This document shows positions 10,015-17,603 of a DNA stretch of 32,000 nt, one piece after another (positions within the stretch are counted from its first letter, which is position 1; the number at the start of each line of letters is the position of its first letter). The stretch spans positions 3,840,001 to 3,872,000 of the forward strand of contig OY969938.1 of the NCBI GenBank assembly GCA_963704755.1. Reading direction: 5' to 3'. The position numbers were made by a program, and so were the translations under genes. Source of the stretch: an uncultured Chloroflexia bacterium. GTDB lineage: Bacteria; Chloroflexota; Anaerolineae; Anaerolineales; Anaerolineaceae. The notes beneath the pieces are model-generated. The model made no database searches and was not told the DNA's origin. It saw only the letters and a program-made list of their open reading frames with translations.

Positions 10015-11480
10015 ACGGGATTTGGCGCGTGGCTTCTGGCAGCCTGCGTTTGGATGCGGAAAGCCGCGGTCAGCCAGCCGAGGGATAGCCAGTAATAGGG
10101 GAAGGCAAAGGTATCCACGCTCATACCTTCCATCAGCAGGGAGGTGAGCACGAACGCGCCTGCCAGGGCAACCGTGCGGAGGACTGCCGACCGGCTCTTG
10201 CGTACGTGGGAGACGGTCATGGCCAGCAGGGCCAGCCAACTGACGAAGCAGCTAAAGCCTAAAATGCCGGTCTCGGACAGCAGTCGCACCCATAAACTCA
10301 GTGTGTTCGGCAGAGCGGTGTTGTGATAGAGCTTGAACGGCTCGACCATTGACCAGGCTGCCGGAGTGAGCATGCTGGTCAAATAGAAGCCGGCCGAGTT
10401 GACGCCTACTCCCAGGACGGGATGCTGAGAAAAAACGGCCAGACCGGCCTGCCAGTAAGCGACCCGTTCGCCAAAAATCAGGTTATAGGCCAGTTGCTCG
10501 AAGGAAACCTGGTCCTGCAAGAGGGTAAACAGGTTGTGCATGCGCACATCGATGCGGGTCAGCAGAAAAGCCCCGCCGCCCAGGATGAGCAGGAAAGCCA
10601 GCGCCACCACCGACCAGATCGTGAAGGTCAGCCAGCGGACCGGGATGCGCGAATGGCCCTGGGTCACGATGCGCTGGCGCAGCCAACGGACCATGGCCTG
10701 CGTTCCCAGGAAAAACAGCAGCCCACAGGCCAGCAAGAACGACAACAAGGCGCTGCGCGCCAGCGAGGCGACCAGGATGCCAATGCCGATGACCAGCAGC
10801 AGGTTTTCCAGGCTCAAGCCGAGCAGCCGTTTGTTGAAGGCGCTGGTGCGGTTTACGGTGGCCGAGAGCCAGTAAGGCAAGAACAGCATGACCAGTTGGT
10901 GACCTAACCAGGAGGGCTCGTAGGAAAACCCGTTGACCCGCTGGGGGAAGAGCATCCCGTTGGATGAGAACAAATGCTGGAAAGAATACATCCAGGCCGG
11001 GTAGGCGGCCGAAAATTGCCACATGCCCAACTGGACCAGCGACCAGGCAAACAAGACACAGCCGCTCAGGTTGACCCAGCGGTAAATAAAGCGGATTTTA
11101 GCCTCAGAATCCGGCCAGGTGGAAGCTGCCAGGTAAAACGAAAGCCCGATGCCCAGGGTGAGCAGGCCGGAGAGGGCATTCTTGAGGCGGTTAATATTGC
11201 GGAAAATGGGCACGACGTTCATCAAACCCAGGCAGGTGGCCAGTACGGCCACCAGAACGAAGGCCAGGATGGGCAGGGACTGGCGGGGCAGCATTCCCCG
11301 GCGAAGAAGATAGGGCAGTGTGCTGACCAGCAGCAGCAGGATCAGGGGCAGCAGGCTGGCGGGTGCGACCATGGTTCCGCCGGTCAATTTAGCGATGATC
11401 GGGAAACTGGTGATCGGCAGCAGCAGGAGCAGTACCGCCCAGAGGAAGTACTCTAACGGCCTGCGGATGCGGTTAATCAC
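9957..11480 (-). CDS. O-antigen ligase / Wzy-polymerase-like polytopic membrane protein
   Basis: The longest ORF runs to 11561 (GTG) but would overlap the upstream gene by 88 nt. The GTG at 11478-11480 gives a GTGATTAA start/stop overlap with the Wzz-like gene. The protein is hydrophobic, with a large loop and an RSALLSFLLACGLLFFL-type segment typical of the Wzy_C/O-antigen ligase family. Confidence 0.65.
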   Translation of the reverse strand: MINRIRRPLEYFLWAVLLLLLPITSFPIIAKLTGGTMVAPASLLPLILLLLVSTLPYLLRRGMLPRQSLPILAFVLVAVLATCLGLMNVVPIFRNINRLKNALSGLLTLGIGLSFYLAASTWPDSEAKIRFIYRWVNLSGCVLFAWSLVQLGMWQFSAAYPAWMYSFQHLFSSNGMLFPQRVNGFSYEPSWLGHQLVMLFLPYWLSATVNRTSAFNKRLLGLSLENLLLVIGIGILVASLARSALLSFLLACGLLFFLGTQAMVRWLRQRIVTQGHSRIPVRWLTFTIWSVVALAFLLILGGGAFLLTRIDVRMHNLFTLLQDQVSFEQLAYNLIFGERVAYWQAGLAVFSQHPVLGVGVNSAGFYLTSMLTPAAWSMVEPFKLYHNTALPNTLSLWVRLLSETGILGFSCFVSWLALLAMTVSHVRKSRSAVLRTVALAGAFVLTSLLMEGMSVDTFAFPYYWLSLGWLTAAFRIQTQAARSHAPNPVQDPGSATGQVMAASGTRV

Positions 11481-12315
11481 GCCGTTTGCCTCCCAGCAGC
11501 CGGCCTGGCAGGCCCAGGTGCAGGACCCACAAGGCAGCAACCAGGCCAATCCCGGCGCCACCCAGGAGCAGGAACAGGCGCGCCCGCTGGACCGGCTCGG
11601 GCAAAAGGTAAGCGGGTTTGTTCAGGCTGTAGACTATTCCCGGGGTGAGCCCACGGGCATTGTCACGGGCGGTCAGGATCGCTTTGTTCGTCTGCGCGAT
11701 TTTTTCTTCGAGATCGGCCAGGTTGGTCGAGGTGCAGCCGCTTGCCCCGGCCGCGGTGGCCGGGATCTGCTGGACGCAATTGCTCAAGTTGTCCAGGTAG
11801 CGCAGGAGCGTATCGGCTTTGATCGCCTGGCCGGAGGCCTCGTTGAGCGCGTCCAGGGCCAGTTGACTCCAATAATCGGCCAGGTCCAGGGCGGTAGCCG
11901 GGTCGGTGGATTGAACCCGAATGGTGAAGCTATCGGCCTGGCGCTCGAGCACGGCCATATGATCGAATTCATCCTGGCTGACCTGGATGCCCTTATCGGC
12001 CAGGTGATGCTGCAAGGCGGCCATGATCGGAGCGGAATTGATCACTTTGCCGGTGGTATTGATCAGGATGTCCTGATTTTCACCGGTCAGGGTGCCGGTA
12101 CGAGACAGATCAAAGTCGATCGCAAATTCGGCGCGAGCTTCGTAGATGGGCGGTTGGGTACGGTTCAGCAGCCAGCCGGCGGCCACCCCGACCAGCATGA
12201 AAAGAACGATTATCCACCAATAACGCAGAGCGGATTCGAGATCCTGGTTTAAGATATAGTCTTCATTCATCGAGGATGTGACAGCACCGGAGATTTTTTT
12301 GGCTTGCGATTTCAA
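11473..12315 (-). CDS. Polysaccharide chain-length determinant (Wzz/PCP-like)
   Basis: It has an N-terminal TM helix followed by PPIYEARAEF (Wzz-domain pattern), a long hydrophilic middle and a second TM helix near the C-terminus (LFLLLGGAGIGLVAALWVLHL). The start is uncertain: TTG at 12315 or ATG at 12270. Confidence 0.7.
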   Translation of the reverse strand: MKSQAKKISGAVTSSMNEDYILNQDLESALRYWWIIVLFMLVGVAAGWLLNRTQPPIYEARAEFAIDFDLSRTGTLTGENQDILINTTGKVINSAPIMAALQHHLADKGIQVSQDEFDHMAVLERQADSFTIRVQSTDPATALDLADYWSQLALDALNEASGQAIKADTLLRYLDNLSNCVQQIPATAAGASGCTSTNLADLEEKIAQTNKAILTARDNARGLTPGIVYSLNKPAYLLPEPVQRARLFLLLGGAGIGLVAALWVLHLGLPGRLLGGKRRD

Positions 12316-12363
12316 CGGAGAGCCCGTTGACGATCTATCAGGCGATGCCCGACAGGCTCTACG

Positions 12364-12372
12364 ATTTTAACA
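12364..12372 (-). promoter_or_regulatory. Candidate extended -10 element TGTTAAAAT upstream of the Wzz-like gene
   Basis: The reverse complement of ATTTTAACA reads TGTTAAAAT, about 40 nt upstream of the TTG start. No convincing -35 was seen. Confidence 0.35.
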
Positions 12373-12403
12373 CCGTTTGGCGGAACCCAAACCCTGCTTG
12401 TAC

Positions 12404-12442
12404 GCAGGATCAAGGCAATGTAAAGCATTGCCTTGATCCTGC
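12404..12442 (-). terminator. Perfect 17-bp hairpin just downstream of the lipoprotein gene (putative terminator without a U-tract)
   Basis: GCAGGATCAAGGCAATG-taaag-CATTGCCTTGATCCTGC lies 10 nt after the stop at 12453. No U-run follows it on either strand. Confidence 0.45.
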
Positions 12443-12452
12443 AAAGAAAAGA

Positions 12453-13148
12453 CTATTGGACGGATTGGATTTTAGTATCCATGATTTGCGCCACGCTGGC
12501 AGCGTCGATCACCGGGGAGCCGCCGTTGGGGTAAAAGGTCAGGGCCAGTTGGACCACGCTACCGCGGCGCGAGATCACGGTCTGGCCGGCGATACTGGCG
12601 TAGCTTCCCTGGGTGAGCGTGTCCAGAACCAGGGATGAATCGCCGATGGTATCCGTGGGATGCTCGGTCAGGGTGGTGTTGGGCGCGTTGGGCGCAATGC
12701 TGTTAATCACGCGGGTCGAATCGTGCAGGAAAACGTCGAATGCGATCTTCTCCAGGGTGGTCAAGGACCCGACCACCACCGAGACGACGACCTCGTTGGA
12801 GGTCGGGTCGAGGAAGGCGGCGTAGTTTTCGGTGGTCACGTTGCTCATATTGGCGCTGATGCCGTCCGCGAAGGTGCGGTAGGAAATGCCCATTTGTTGC
12901 AACTCGGCGTCGGAGGCTTCGCGGAAGCCGGAGGGAAGGTCGCTCAGTTCGAGACGGACGCCGGCTAAGCCGGCCGGTGTCGCCGTGGCCGCGGACGTGG
13001 AATCACCGGGTTGGACCGCGGTAGGTGCGGCGGTCGCGGGAGCCGCGGCGGCGGTGGCTGCCTGCGAACTCACTTTGGACAGGTTGCAGCTCAGCCCGAC
13101 CAGGGCCAAAAGCGTGATGGCAATCAAAATGCGAAACTTGGGTCGCAT
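12453..13148 (-). CDS. Secreted lipoprotein of unknown function with an Ala/Thr/Pro-rich linker
   Basis: The ATG at 13148 is preceded by GGAGA. The signal peptide MRPKFRILIAITLLALVGLSC carries a lipobox-like LSC. The ORF-track start at 13232 adds a non-signal extension. Confidence 0.6.
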   Translation of the reverse strand: MRPKFRILIAITLLALVGLSCNLSKVSSQAATAAAAPATAAPTAVQPGDSTSAATATPAGLAGVRLELSDLPSGFREASDAELQQMGISYRTFADGISANMSNVTTENYAAFLDPTSNEVVVSVVVGSLTTLEKIAFDVFLHDSTRVINSIAPNAPNTTLTEHPTDTIGDSSLVLDTLTQGSYASIAGQTVISRRGSVVQLALTFYPNGGSPVIDAASVAQIMDTKIQSVQ

Positions 13149-13230
13149 GTTTTTTTCTCCTTTCCCTTGCTTGTTAGGGTGTTCGCATTCTATCATTAGT
13201 TGGGCAATGCTACCAATCCCAGGAGTTTTC

Positions 13231-13381
13231 ACCGCAGAGACGCAGAGGGCGCGGAGAGGATTAAAACCACGGAGGCACGGAGTTCACGGAGAAGAAAAGG
13301 AGAAGAGTATAACCGCAGAGGCGCAGAGGGCGCGGAGAGGATTATAACCACGGAAGCACGGAGTTCACGGAGAAGTAAAGG
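13231..13381. repeat. Two tandem direct copies (period 81 bp) of a CACGGAG/GCAGAGG-rich repeat
   Basis: Copy 1 (13231-13300) and copy 2 (13312-13381) share ACCGCAGAGrCGCAGAGGGCGCGGAGAGGATTAwAACCACGGArGCACGGAGTTCACGGAGAAG with only a few mismatches. Confidence 0.9.
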
Positions 13382-13410
13382 GTTTACGAAAAGGGGTGAA
13401 GTTTTTAAGT

Positions 13411-13490
13411 GATCGGCCCGGTCTCCAGACCGAGGCCGCTCTTCCTGGCCGGCCAATAAGAGCGGCCTCGGTCTGGAGACCGGGCCGATC
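13411..13490. repeat. Perfect 33-bp inverted repeat (hairpin/cruciform) with a 14-nt loop
   Basis: GATCGGCCCGGTCTCCAGACCGAGGCCGCTCTT (13411-13443) is exactly complementary to 13458-13490. Each arm also contains its own palindrome, CGGTCT-NN-AGACCG. Confidence 0.95.
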
Positions 13491-13520
13491 CACTTTAGGC
13501 TAATATTATTTTAAATAATA

Positions 13521-13571
13521 CTTTTTCTTCTTTTCTTTCTTTTCTCCGTGTCCTCTGTGCCTCCGTGGTTA
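13521..13571. repeat. Inverted partial copy of the 13231-13381 repeat
   Basis: The reverse complement reads TAACCACGGAGGCACAGAGGACACGGAGAAAAGAAAG... This aligns with AACCACGGAGGCACGGAGTTCACGGAGAAGAAAAGG of the direct copies. Confidence 0.75.
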
Positions 13572-13659
13572 TTTTCCTCCGTAGTTAAATCTTCCTTTTC
13601 TGTGTTCTCTTCGCCTATAATTTATATATAAGTGTTGACATGGAAGGAGAACAAATCTG

Positions 13660-14625
13660 ATGGAATATTGCAATCTCGGCCGGACCGGCCTGAGTGTTTC
13701 TCGCCTGTGCCTGGGGTCGATGCAGTTTGGCTGGACGGCGGACGAGCCGGCTTCGCACCAGGTGCTTTCGGCGGCCTATGACGCCGGCGTTACCTTTATC
13801 GACACCGCGGATGTGTATTCTCGCTGGGTGGAGGGCAACCCGGGCGGGGTCGCCGAAACGATCATCGGGAATTGGATGCAGCAAAGCAAAATCCCCAGGG
13901 ACCGGTTGGTGATCGCTACCAAGGTGCGCCACCCCACCGGCGAGGGGACCAATGACCAGGGTCTTTCGCGGGTCCACATCCTGCGGGCCGTGGAGGGCTC
14001 GCTGCGCCGGCTGAAGACCGATACCATCGATCTTTACCAGGCGCACGCTTTCGATGCCAATGTGCCTATCGAGGAAACCTTGCGGGCCTTCGATGACCTG
14101 GTCCACCAGGGCAAGGTGCGGTATATCGGCGCATCCAACTACCCGACCTGGCGGCTGATGCAGGCACTGTGGACCTCTGAGCGCGAGCGCCTGGTCTCAT
14201 ACAACAGCTTGCAGCCGCACTATAACCTGGTCAACCGGGCCGAATTCGAACGCGAACTGGCGGACGTCTGCCAGGTATACGGCCTGGGCGTGATCCCCTA
14301 CAGCCCGCTGGCCGGTGGTTTTTTGACCGGTAAGTACCGGCCCGAACAAAAAGAAATCGGCAGCCAGCGCCAACATACCGCGGCTCGCTATTTCAAAGAC
14401 AGCAATTGGGCCATCCTGGCAAAACTGGAAGAGGTCGCCGGGCGGCACAATGCCAGTATTTCGCAGATCGCCCTGGCCTGGCTGTTGACCCGCAAGGAAG
14501 TCACCAGCCCGATCATCGGGCCGCGCACACTGGAGCAATTGCAAGATAATTTGAAAGCGCTGGACGTGGCCTTGACTCCCACAGACCTGGAGGAAATCGA
14601 TCAGGCCAGCAGTTGGAAAGCTTGA
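13660..14625 (+). CDS. Aldo/keto reductase family oxidoreductase
   Basis: 321 aa. MEYCNLGRTGLSVSRLCLGSMQFGW, IDTADVYS and YIGASNY blocks are typical of the AKR family. GGAGA RBS upstream. Confidence 0.9.
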   Translation: MEYCNLGRTGLSVSRLCLGSMQFGWTADEPASHQVLSAAYDAGVTFIDTADVYSRWVEGNPGGVAETIIGNWMQQSKIPRDRLVIATKVRHPTGEGTNDQGLSRVHILRAVEGSLRRLKTDTIDLYQAHAFDANVPIEETLRAFDDLVHQGKVRYIGASNYPTWRLMQALWTSERERLVSYNSLQPHYNLVNRAEFERELADVCQVYGLGVIPYSPLAGGFLTGKYRPEQKEIGSQRQHTAARYFKDSNWAILAKLEEVAGRHNASISQIALAWLLTRKEVTSPIIGPRTLEQLQDNLKALDVALTPTDLEEIDQASSWKA

Positions 14626-14629
14626 GACA

Positions 14630-14682
14630 CCCGAATTAAAACATTAGCGGGCGCTTTGCGCCCGCTAATGTTTTAATTCGGG
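14630..14682. terminator. Bidirectional terminator hairpin between convergent genes (25-bp perfect stem, 3-nt loop)
   Basis: CCCGAATTAAAACATTAGCGGGCGC-ttt-GCGCCCGCTAATGTTTTAATTCGGG fills almost all of the 62-nt gap between the AKR stop (14625) and the metG stop (14688). Confidence 0.7.
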
Positions 14683-14687
14683 TAACT

Positions 14688-16484
14688 TTATAGCGCGACC
14701 GGTTTTCCCAGGCGGGCGCGTTCTTCTTCGATAATCGAGGCATCCAGTTTCTTGTAGAGCGGCTCGGGTTTAAGGAACTTGTGCCCGGGGGCTAATTGGC
14801 TGGGCTCCCAACGGCCGCTGGCCTGGCTGCCGTCGTAGCGCAAAACAGTGTGGCTGCCAACCTCATCGCTGATCTCTTCGGTGTAGGAGCTGCCGAAGAT
14901 AGGCGTCTCGTAACCCAGGAAGGTGTGCAGTTTCTCGCAAGTGAAGGGCAGGAAGGGGGCCAGCAGGATCTTGAGCGAGTCGATGGCCCGCATGGCGGTG
15001 TAGATGGCTCGCGCCGCGGCTTGTCGATCGGTCTTGATTGCGGTCCAGGGGGCGGTCTGGTCGAGGTATTTGTTCACCTCGGTGGCCAGGCGCATGGCCT
15101 CCCCCAGGGCGGCGCGCAGGTGCACGGCTTCGATGGACTGGCTGACGGTGGCGAAACCGCCCTCCACGGCTGCCAGCAGGTCCAGGTCGATCTGGGTCAG
15201 TTGGCCGGGGTCGGGGACGACGCCCTCCCAGTACTTGAAAGCGAAGGAAAGCACCCGGTTGGCCAGGTTGCCCCAGGTAGCCACCAACTCGTCGTTATTG
15301 CGGTGGTAGAAGTCGTCCCAATCCCAATCGGTATCCCGGTTTTCGGGCATATTGACCGTCAGGTAATAGCGCAGTGGATCAGGGTCGTAGCGGGATAGGA
15401 AATCGCGGGCGTAAACTGCCCAGTTGCGGCTGCCGGAGATCTTCTGGCCTTCCAGGTTCATAAACTGATTGGCCGGCACGTCAAAGGGCAGCACCAGGCG
15501 GCTGCCTTTTTCGCCCGAATAAATCTCCATGAACTGCTCGCCGATCCCCATCAGTTGGGCCGGCCAGAAAGCAGCGTGGAAGAAGATGTTGTCTTTGCCG
15601 ATGAAATAGAAAGATTTGGCAGCCTGGTTGGTCCACCATTCTTTCCATGCTTCGGTCTGGCCGTTCAGCCGGGCCCATTCGATGGATGCGGAAAGGTAAC
15701 CGATGACCGCCTCGAACCAGACGTACAGGCACTTGCCCTCCCAGCCCTCCAGCGGGACGGGGATGCCCCAATCCAGGTCGCGGGTGATCGAGCGCGGTTT
15801 CAGCCCCTCGGAATCGATCTGGCCCAGGGATTGTCCGCTGACCGTCTCACGCCAGTAGCTTTTGCGTTCGCGCAAAAAGCTCTCTACCTCGGGTTCCAGC
15901 TTGGAAAGGTCCAGGTAGAAATGCTCGGTTTCACGCAGCTCGGGGGTCGAGCCGTCGATCTTCGAGCGCGGGTTGATCAGTTTTTCGGGCTCGAGGACGT
16001 TGCCGCAGTGGTCGCACTGGTCCGAGCGGGCGCCTTCGAAGCCGCAAATATAGCAGGTGCCTTCGACGTAGCGGTCGGGCAAGAAGCGTTTACTGAAGGG
16101 CGAATACCACTGTGGGTGAACTTCACGCAGCAGAAAGCCGTTTTGTAGCAGGGCTAGAAAGGTCGTTTGGGAGACCTTGAAATGATTCTGGGTGTGTGTG
16201 GTGGTAAACAGGTCATACTGGATGCCCAGTTGCAGGAACAAATCGATAAACCCGCTGTGGAAGCGCTTGTAAATTTCTTCCACCGGTTTGTTCTCGGCAT
16301 CCGCGCGGATAGTGACGGGCGTCCCGTGAGAATCGGTACCGGAGACCATCAGAACGTCGTTCCCTTTCAGGCGATGGTAGCGCGCGGAGATATCGCCGGG
16401 CAGGTGAGAGCCGGTGACATTCCCGACGTGGATTTCGGCGTTGGCGTAAGGCCACGCGATGGCAACTAAGATATGGTCAGTCAT
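14688..16484 (-). CDS. metG: Methionine--tRNA ligase
   Basis: The ATG at 16484 (MTDHILVAIAWPYANAEIHVGN, HIGH-type motif) is preceded by AGAGGTG. It has the zinc knuckle CYICGFEGARSDQCDHCG and the KMSKS-type motif KISGS. The ORF-track start at 16526 adds 14 unlikely residues. Confidence 0.95.
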   Translation of the reverse strand: MTDHILVAIAWPYANAEIHVGNVTGSHLPGDISARYHRLKGNDVLMVSGTDSHGTPVTIRADAENKPVEEIYKRFHSGFIDLFLQLGIQYDLFTTTHTQNHFKVSQTTFLALLQNGFLLREVHPQWYSPFSKRFLPDRYVEGTCYICGFEGARSDQCDHCGNVLEPEKLINPRSKIDGSTPELRETEHFYLDLSKLEPEVESFLRERKSYWRETVSGQSLGQIDSEGLKPRSITRDLDWGIPVPLEGWEGKCLYVWFEAVIGYLSASIEWARLNGQTEAWKEWWTNQAAKSFYFIGKDNIFFHAAFWPAQLMGIGEQFMEIYSGEKGSRLVLPFDVPANQFMNLEGQKISGSRNWAVYARDFLSRYDPDPLRYYLTVNMPENRDTDWDWDDFYHRNNDELVATWGNLANRVLSFAFKYWEGVVPDPGQLTQIDLDLLAAVEGGFATVSQSIEAVHLRAALGEAMRLATEVNKYLDQTAPWTAIKTDRQAAARAIYTAMRAIDSLKILLAPFLPFTCEKLHTFLGYETPIFGSSYTEEISDEVGSHTVLRYDGSQASGRWEPSQLAPGHKFLKPEPLYKKLDASIIEEERARLGKPVAL

Positions 16485-16516
16485 ACTGCACCTCTGATTA
16501 TGGGATCGACAGCCGA

Positions 16517-16525
16517 ATTTTATCA
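16517..16525 (-). promoter_or_regulatory. Candidate extended -10 element TGATAAAAT for metG
   Basis: The reverse complement of ATTTTATCA lies about 33 nt upstream of the metG ATG. The -35 is weak. Confidence 0.4.
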
Positions 16526-16579
16526 TGATTCGCCTGCCTGCACCTGCCGCGGTGAGCCGCCGGGCGATTTTGAAAGAGG

Positions 16580-16624
16580 GAACCGGAGTTTATATGAGGC
16601 TTTGCCTCATATAAACTCCGGTTC
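16580..16624. repeat. Perfect 21-bp hairpin with a 3-nt loop
   Basis: GAACCGGAGTTTATATGAGGC-ttt-GCCTCATATAAACTCCGGTTC lies upstream of the metG promoter region. TTTTCG follows it on the plus strand. Confidence 0.85.
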
Positions 16625-17036
16625 TTTTCGCGTCCGAAATGGTATCGACCGGGTTTTGGGTTGTTAACCTTTTCATAACCTGGTCTTGCCCTACTCTTAA
16701 TCTCGAAAGGGTATATTTTTATCAGGCAACCATCCTGATCCAGATAGGGGTGTAGTTCTGGAAGGTGAGTTGAGAGAGACAAGATTGGGTTATAGGTTGG
16801 TGTGGAAAAAGCAAATTCGGGCTGCTTTTTCCCGTTTAAAGAAGAGATGTGTTCGGGATGGATACGTCCCAAACAGGGTTACTTGAGACGGTCGAAGGGC
16901 GTATCTCTGAAAGACAAAATAAAAGGGCGATTATTGAGGCGTTGGCATGCCAAACTCAGGGCACGCGAAGTGCGCCCTGATGGGAATAAGGTGACCTTGC
17001 TATCTAAACCGGGTTCTAAAATTGGTGTTGAAGAGC

Positions 17037-17059
17037 GGGCTCGGTCTGGAGACCGGCCC
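17037..17059. repeat. Third copy of the GGCC-CGGTCT-NN-AGACCG-GGCC palindromic motif
   Basis: GGGCTCGGTCTGGAGACCGGCCC is near-identical to the arm sequence of the 13411-13490 hairpin (GGCCTCGGTCTGGAGACCGGGCC). Confidence 0.8.
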
Positions 17060-17121
17060 GAACATTGGAATATTAAATCCCATTGTCTGGATTCTTTATT
17101 GAATTGTAAATACTAATGAGA

Positions 17122-17172
17122 AGGGTATTTTTATTTTACGCGTGCAAAGCACGCGTAAAATAAAAATACCCT
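17122..17172. repeat. Perfect 24-bp hairpin with a 3-nt loop
   Basis: AGGGTATTTTTATTTTACGCGTGC-aaa-GCACGCGTAAAATAAAAATACCCT. A T9 run follows at 17201-17209. Confidence 0.85.
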
Positions 17173-17227
17173 AAATTTCCGAATTGGCCTAAGTAGTAAC
17201 TTTTTTTTTGATATTTCTCCGGACGCC

Positions 17228-17391
17228 GGAAATCCGGGCAGGGCAATCGCATCATGCCAATTTAGTCCCAACAGAGAGATAATTTTGAGTGTTATTGTGA
17301 GGCGTAGCCCCACAATAACACTCAAAAACCCATTCTTTGGGGAATTGCCCTCGAAAAGCAGGCAGGCTGCAATCACCCTGGAAATCCGGGC
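17228..17391. repeat. Nested repeat structure (direct repeat / inverted repeat / central hairpin), MITE-like
   Basis: The 12-nt direct repeat GGAAATCCGGGC (17228-17239 and 17380-17391) encloses the 8-bp inverted repeat AGGGCAAT/ATTGCCCT (17240-17247 and 17344-17351). That in turn encloses a hairpin at 17283-17327 (17-bp perfect stem plus a GGC-gta-GCC apex). Confidence 0.6.
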
Positions 17392-17603
17392 GGTTTATCC
17401 CGTCTGAAGCGGGTTTTAATTGTATAATTTTAAAAAAGCCCTAACTAATCCGCCTGGTGAAGAAAGATACCGGTTTAAGAGCAAAATCTTCAAATAAGTG
17501 CTTTTTTGCAGACGGAGAAGTTTCATAAGTAAATTTGGTTGGTCCCCTAATAAAGTATTTCTTTTGACGATATTATTCCGGCTTACCAGATAAGGATAAC
17601 AAT

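Noticed and set aside
384-10907. Numerous 60-240-aa ORFs overlapping or antisense to the glycan-cluster genes (for example 384-761, 3032-3637, 7819-8385, 9523-10239 and 10422-10907)
   Set aside because: All overlap longer ORFs that have coherent membrane or enzyme signatures. Their translations are low-complexity and rich in Arg, Pro and Gly. I judged them to be GC-driven open frames.
11320-12252. 310-aa plus-strand ORF, plus the overlapping 160-aa ORF at 10974-11456, antisense to the Wzz-like and ligase-like genes
   Set aside because: It lies entirely antisense to genes with clear family signatures. It is rich in Gly, Arg and Gln, has no RBS and no recognisable motif. This is the typical shadow ORF of GC-rich DNA.
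13231-13381. Possible CRISPR array
   Set aside because: There are only two repeat copies and they are directly adjacent (81-bp period, 11-nt gap). There are no unique spacers of CRISPR length and no cas genes in the window.
13200-13456. 70-aa (+) and 75-aa (-) ORFs with RRGAEGAER / TEARSSRR repeats
   Set aside because: They are direct translations of the tandem 81-bp DNA repeat and the hairpin arm. The periodicity is in the DNA, not in a protein.
14796-16469. ORFs of 200, 197, 101 and 100 aa antisense to, or out of frame within, metG
   Set aside because: metG is unambiguous on the minus strand, and these frames show no motifs or starts with an RBS.
16485-16700. T-box riboswitch upstream of metG
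   Set aside because: The minus-strand leader is only about 30 nt if the TGATAAAAT promoter is used. I found no T-box consensus (the AGGGUGGNACCGCG type) and no specifier or terminator arrangement. The 21-bp hairpin lies upstream of the putative promoter and lacks a U-tract on the minus strand.
17226-17391. The RNase P RNA P4-like string GGAAATCCGGGC, which occurs twice
   Set aside because: It only loosely resembles GGAAAGUCCGGGC. None of the other universally conserved RNase P blocks are present, and the two copies behave as a direct repeat flanking a hairpin.
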